Shown piece by piece: positions 63,685 through 64,000 of a DNA stretch of 64,000 bases (its first letter is position 1; the number at the start of each line of letters is the position of its first letter). The notes under the pieces are model-generated. The model was not told the origin of the DNA, did not search any database, and saw only the letters and a program-made list of their open reading frames with translations. The stretch comes from Bigelowiella natans CCMP2755. Taxonomy: Eukaryota > Protista > Cercozoa. Where the stretch lies: NCBI GenBank assembly GCA_000320545.1, contig ADNK01001243.1:25150-89149 (forward strand), given 5' to 3'. The translations under genes and the position numbers were made by a program.

Positions 63685-64000
63685 GAAAGAGAGAACAAGA
63701 GAAAGGGGGGGGGCAGGGTTGGGGGGGGAATTACAACCACGCACGAAGGTGCGCCCACCCACAAACGTGTACGTAAGCATTCAAGTTTGTGCAGAACAAG
63801 CTATCTTCCTTCCAAAAAATTGACATGGGTGGAGGGGGAGATTGTCACCCCAAAATATCTACAGCATTAACCAACTAATATGAACCTTTACAGGGTGCAG
63901 ATCTCAAGTATACCTCCATGCGAAAACGGGATCTTGACGGCCGCGGATTGGGGCACATACCAAATCATACCCTGATATACATAAACGATGACCTGGAACA

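Overview
Intron-rich, microsatellite-rich eukaryotic (protist-like) nuclear DNA; the host cannot be identified from this window. Host genes are a partial TPR protein, a large minus-strand gene (or cluster) with a degenerate G-alpha-like domain, a SPRY-like domain and a multi-TM region, SWI3/SMARCC, organellar-type ribosomal protein L20, RIO2 kinase and a zeta-toxin-like P-loop protein. The central ~21.8 kb (13903-35687) is bounded by ~0.9-kb inverted repeats. It contains an AT-rich, intronless, gene-dense endogenous Polinton-like virus (PLV): PolB-SF1 helicase-HNH fusion, A32-type packaging ATPase, major and minor capsid proteins, fibre-like protein and GIY-YIG nuclease, with no integrase or protease visible. 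Many viral genes have a TCTA motif 10-17 nt upstream, like the giant-virus/mavirus late promoter. A 3.4-kb non-viral block sits inside the left repeat and includes an intact one-ankyrin-per-exon array with hypervariable binding positions. The strongest unexplained signal is a directional TpA->TpG/CpA hypermutation in the virus and in dispersed repeats. It has the opposite polarity to fungal RIP, largely spares YTAR/CTAG, and converts Tyr to Cys/His, ATG starts to GTG and probably stops to Gln. All domain calls are by-eye motif recognition; no database searches were run.
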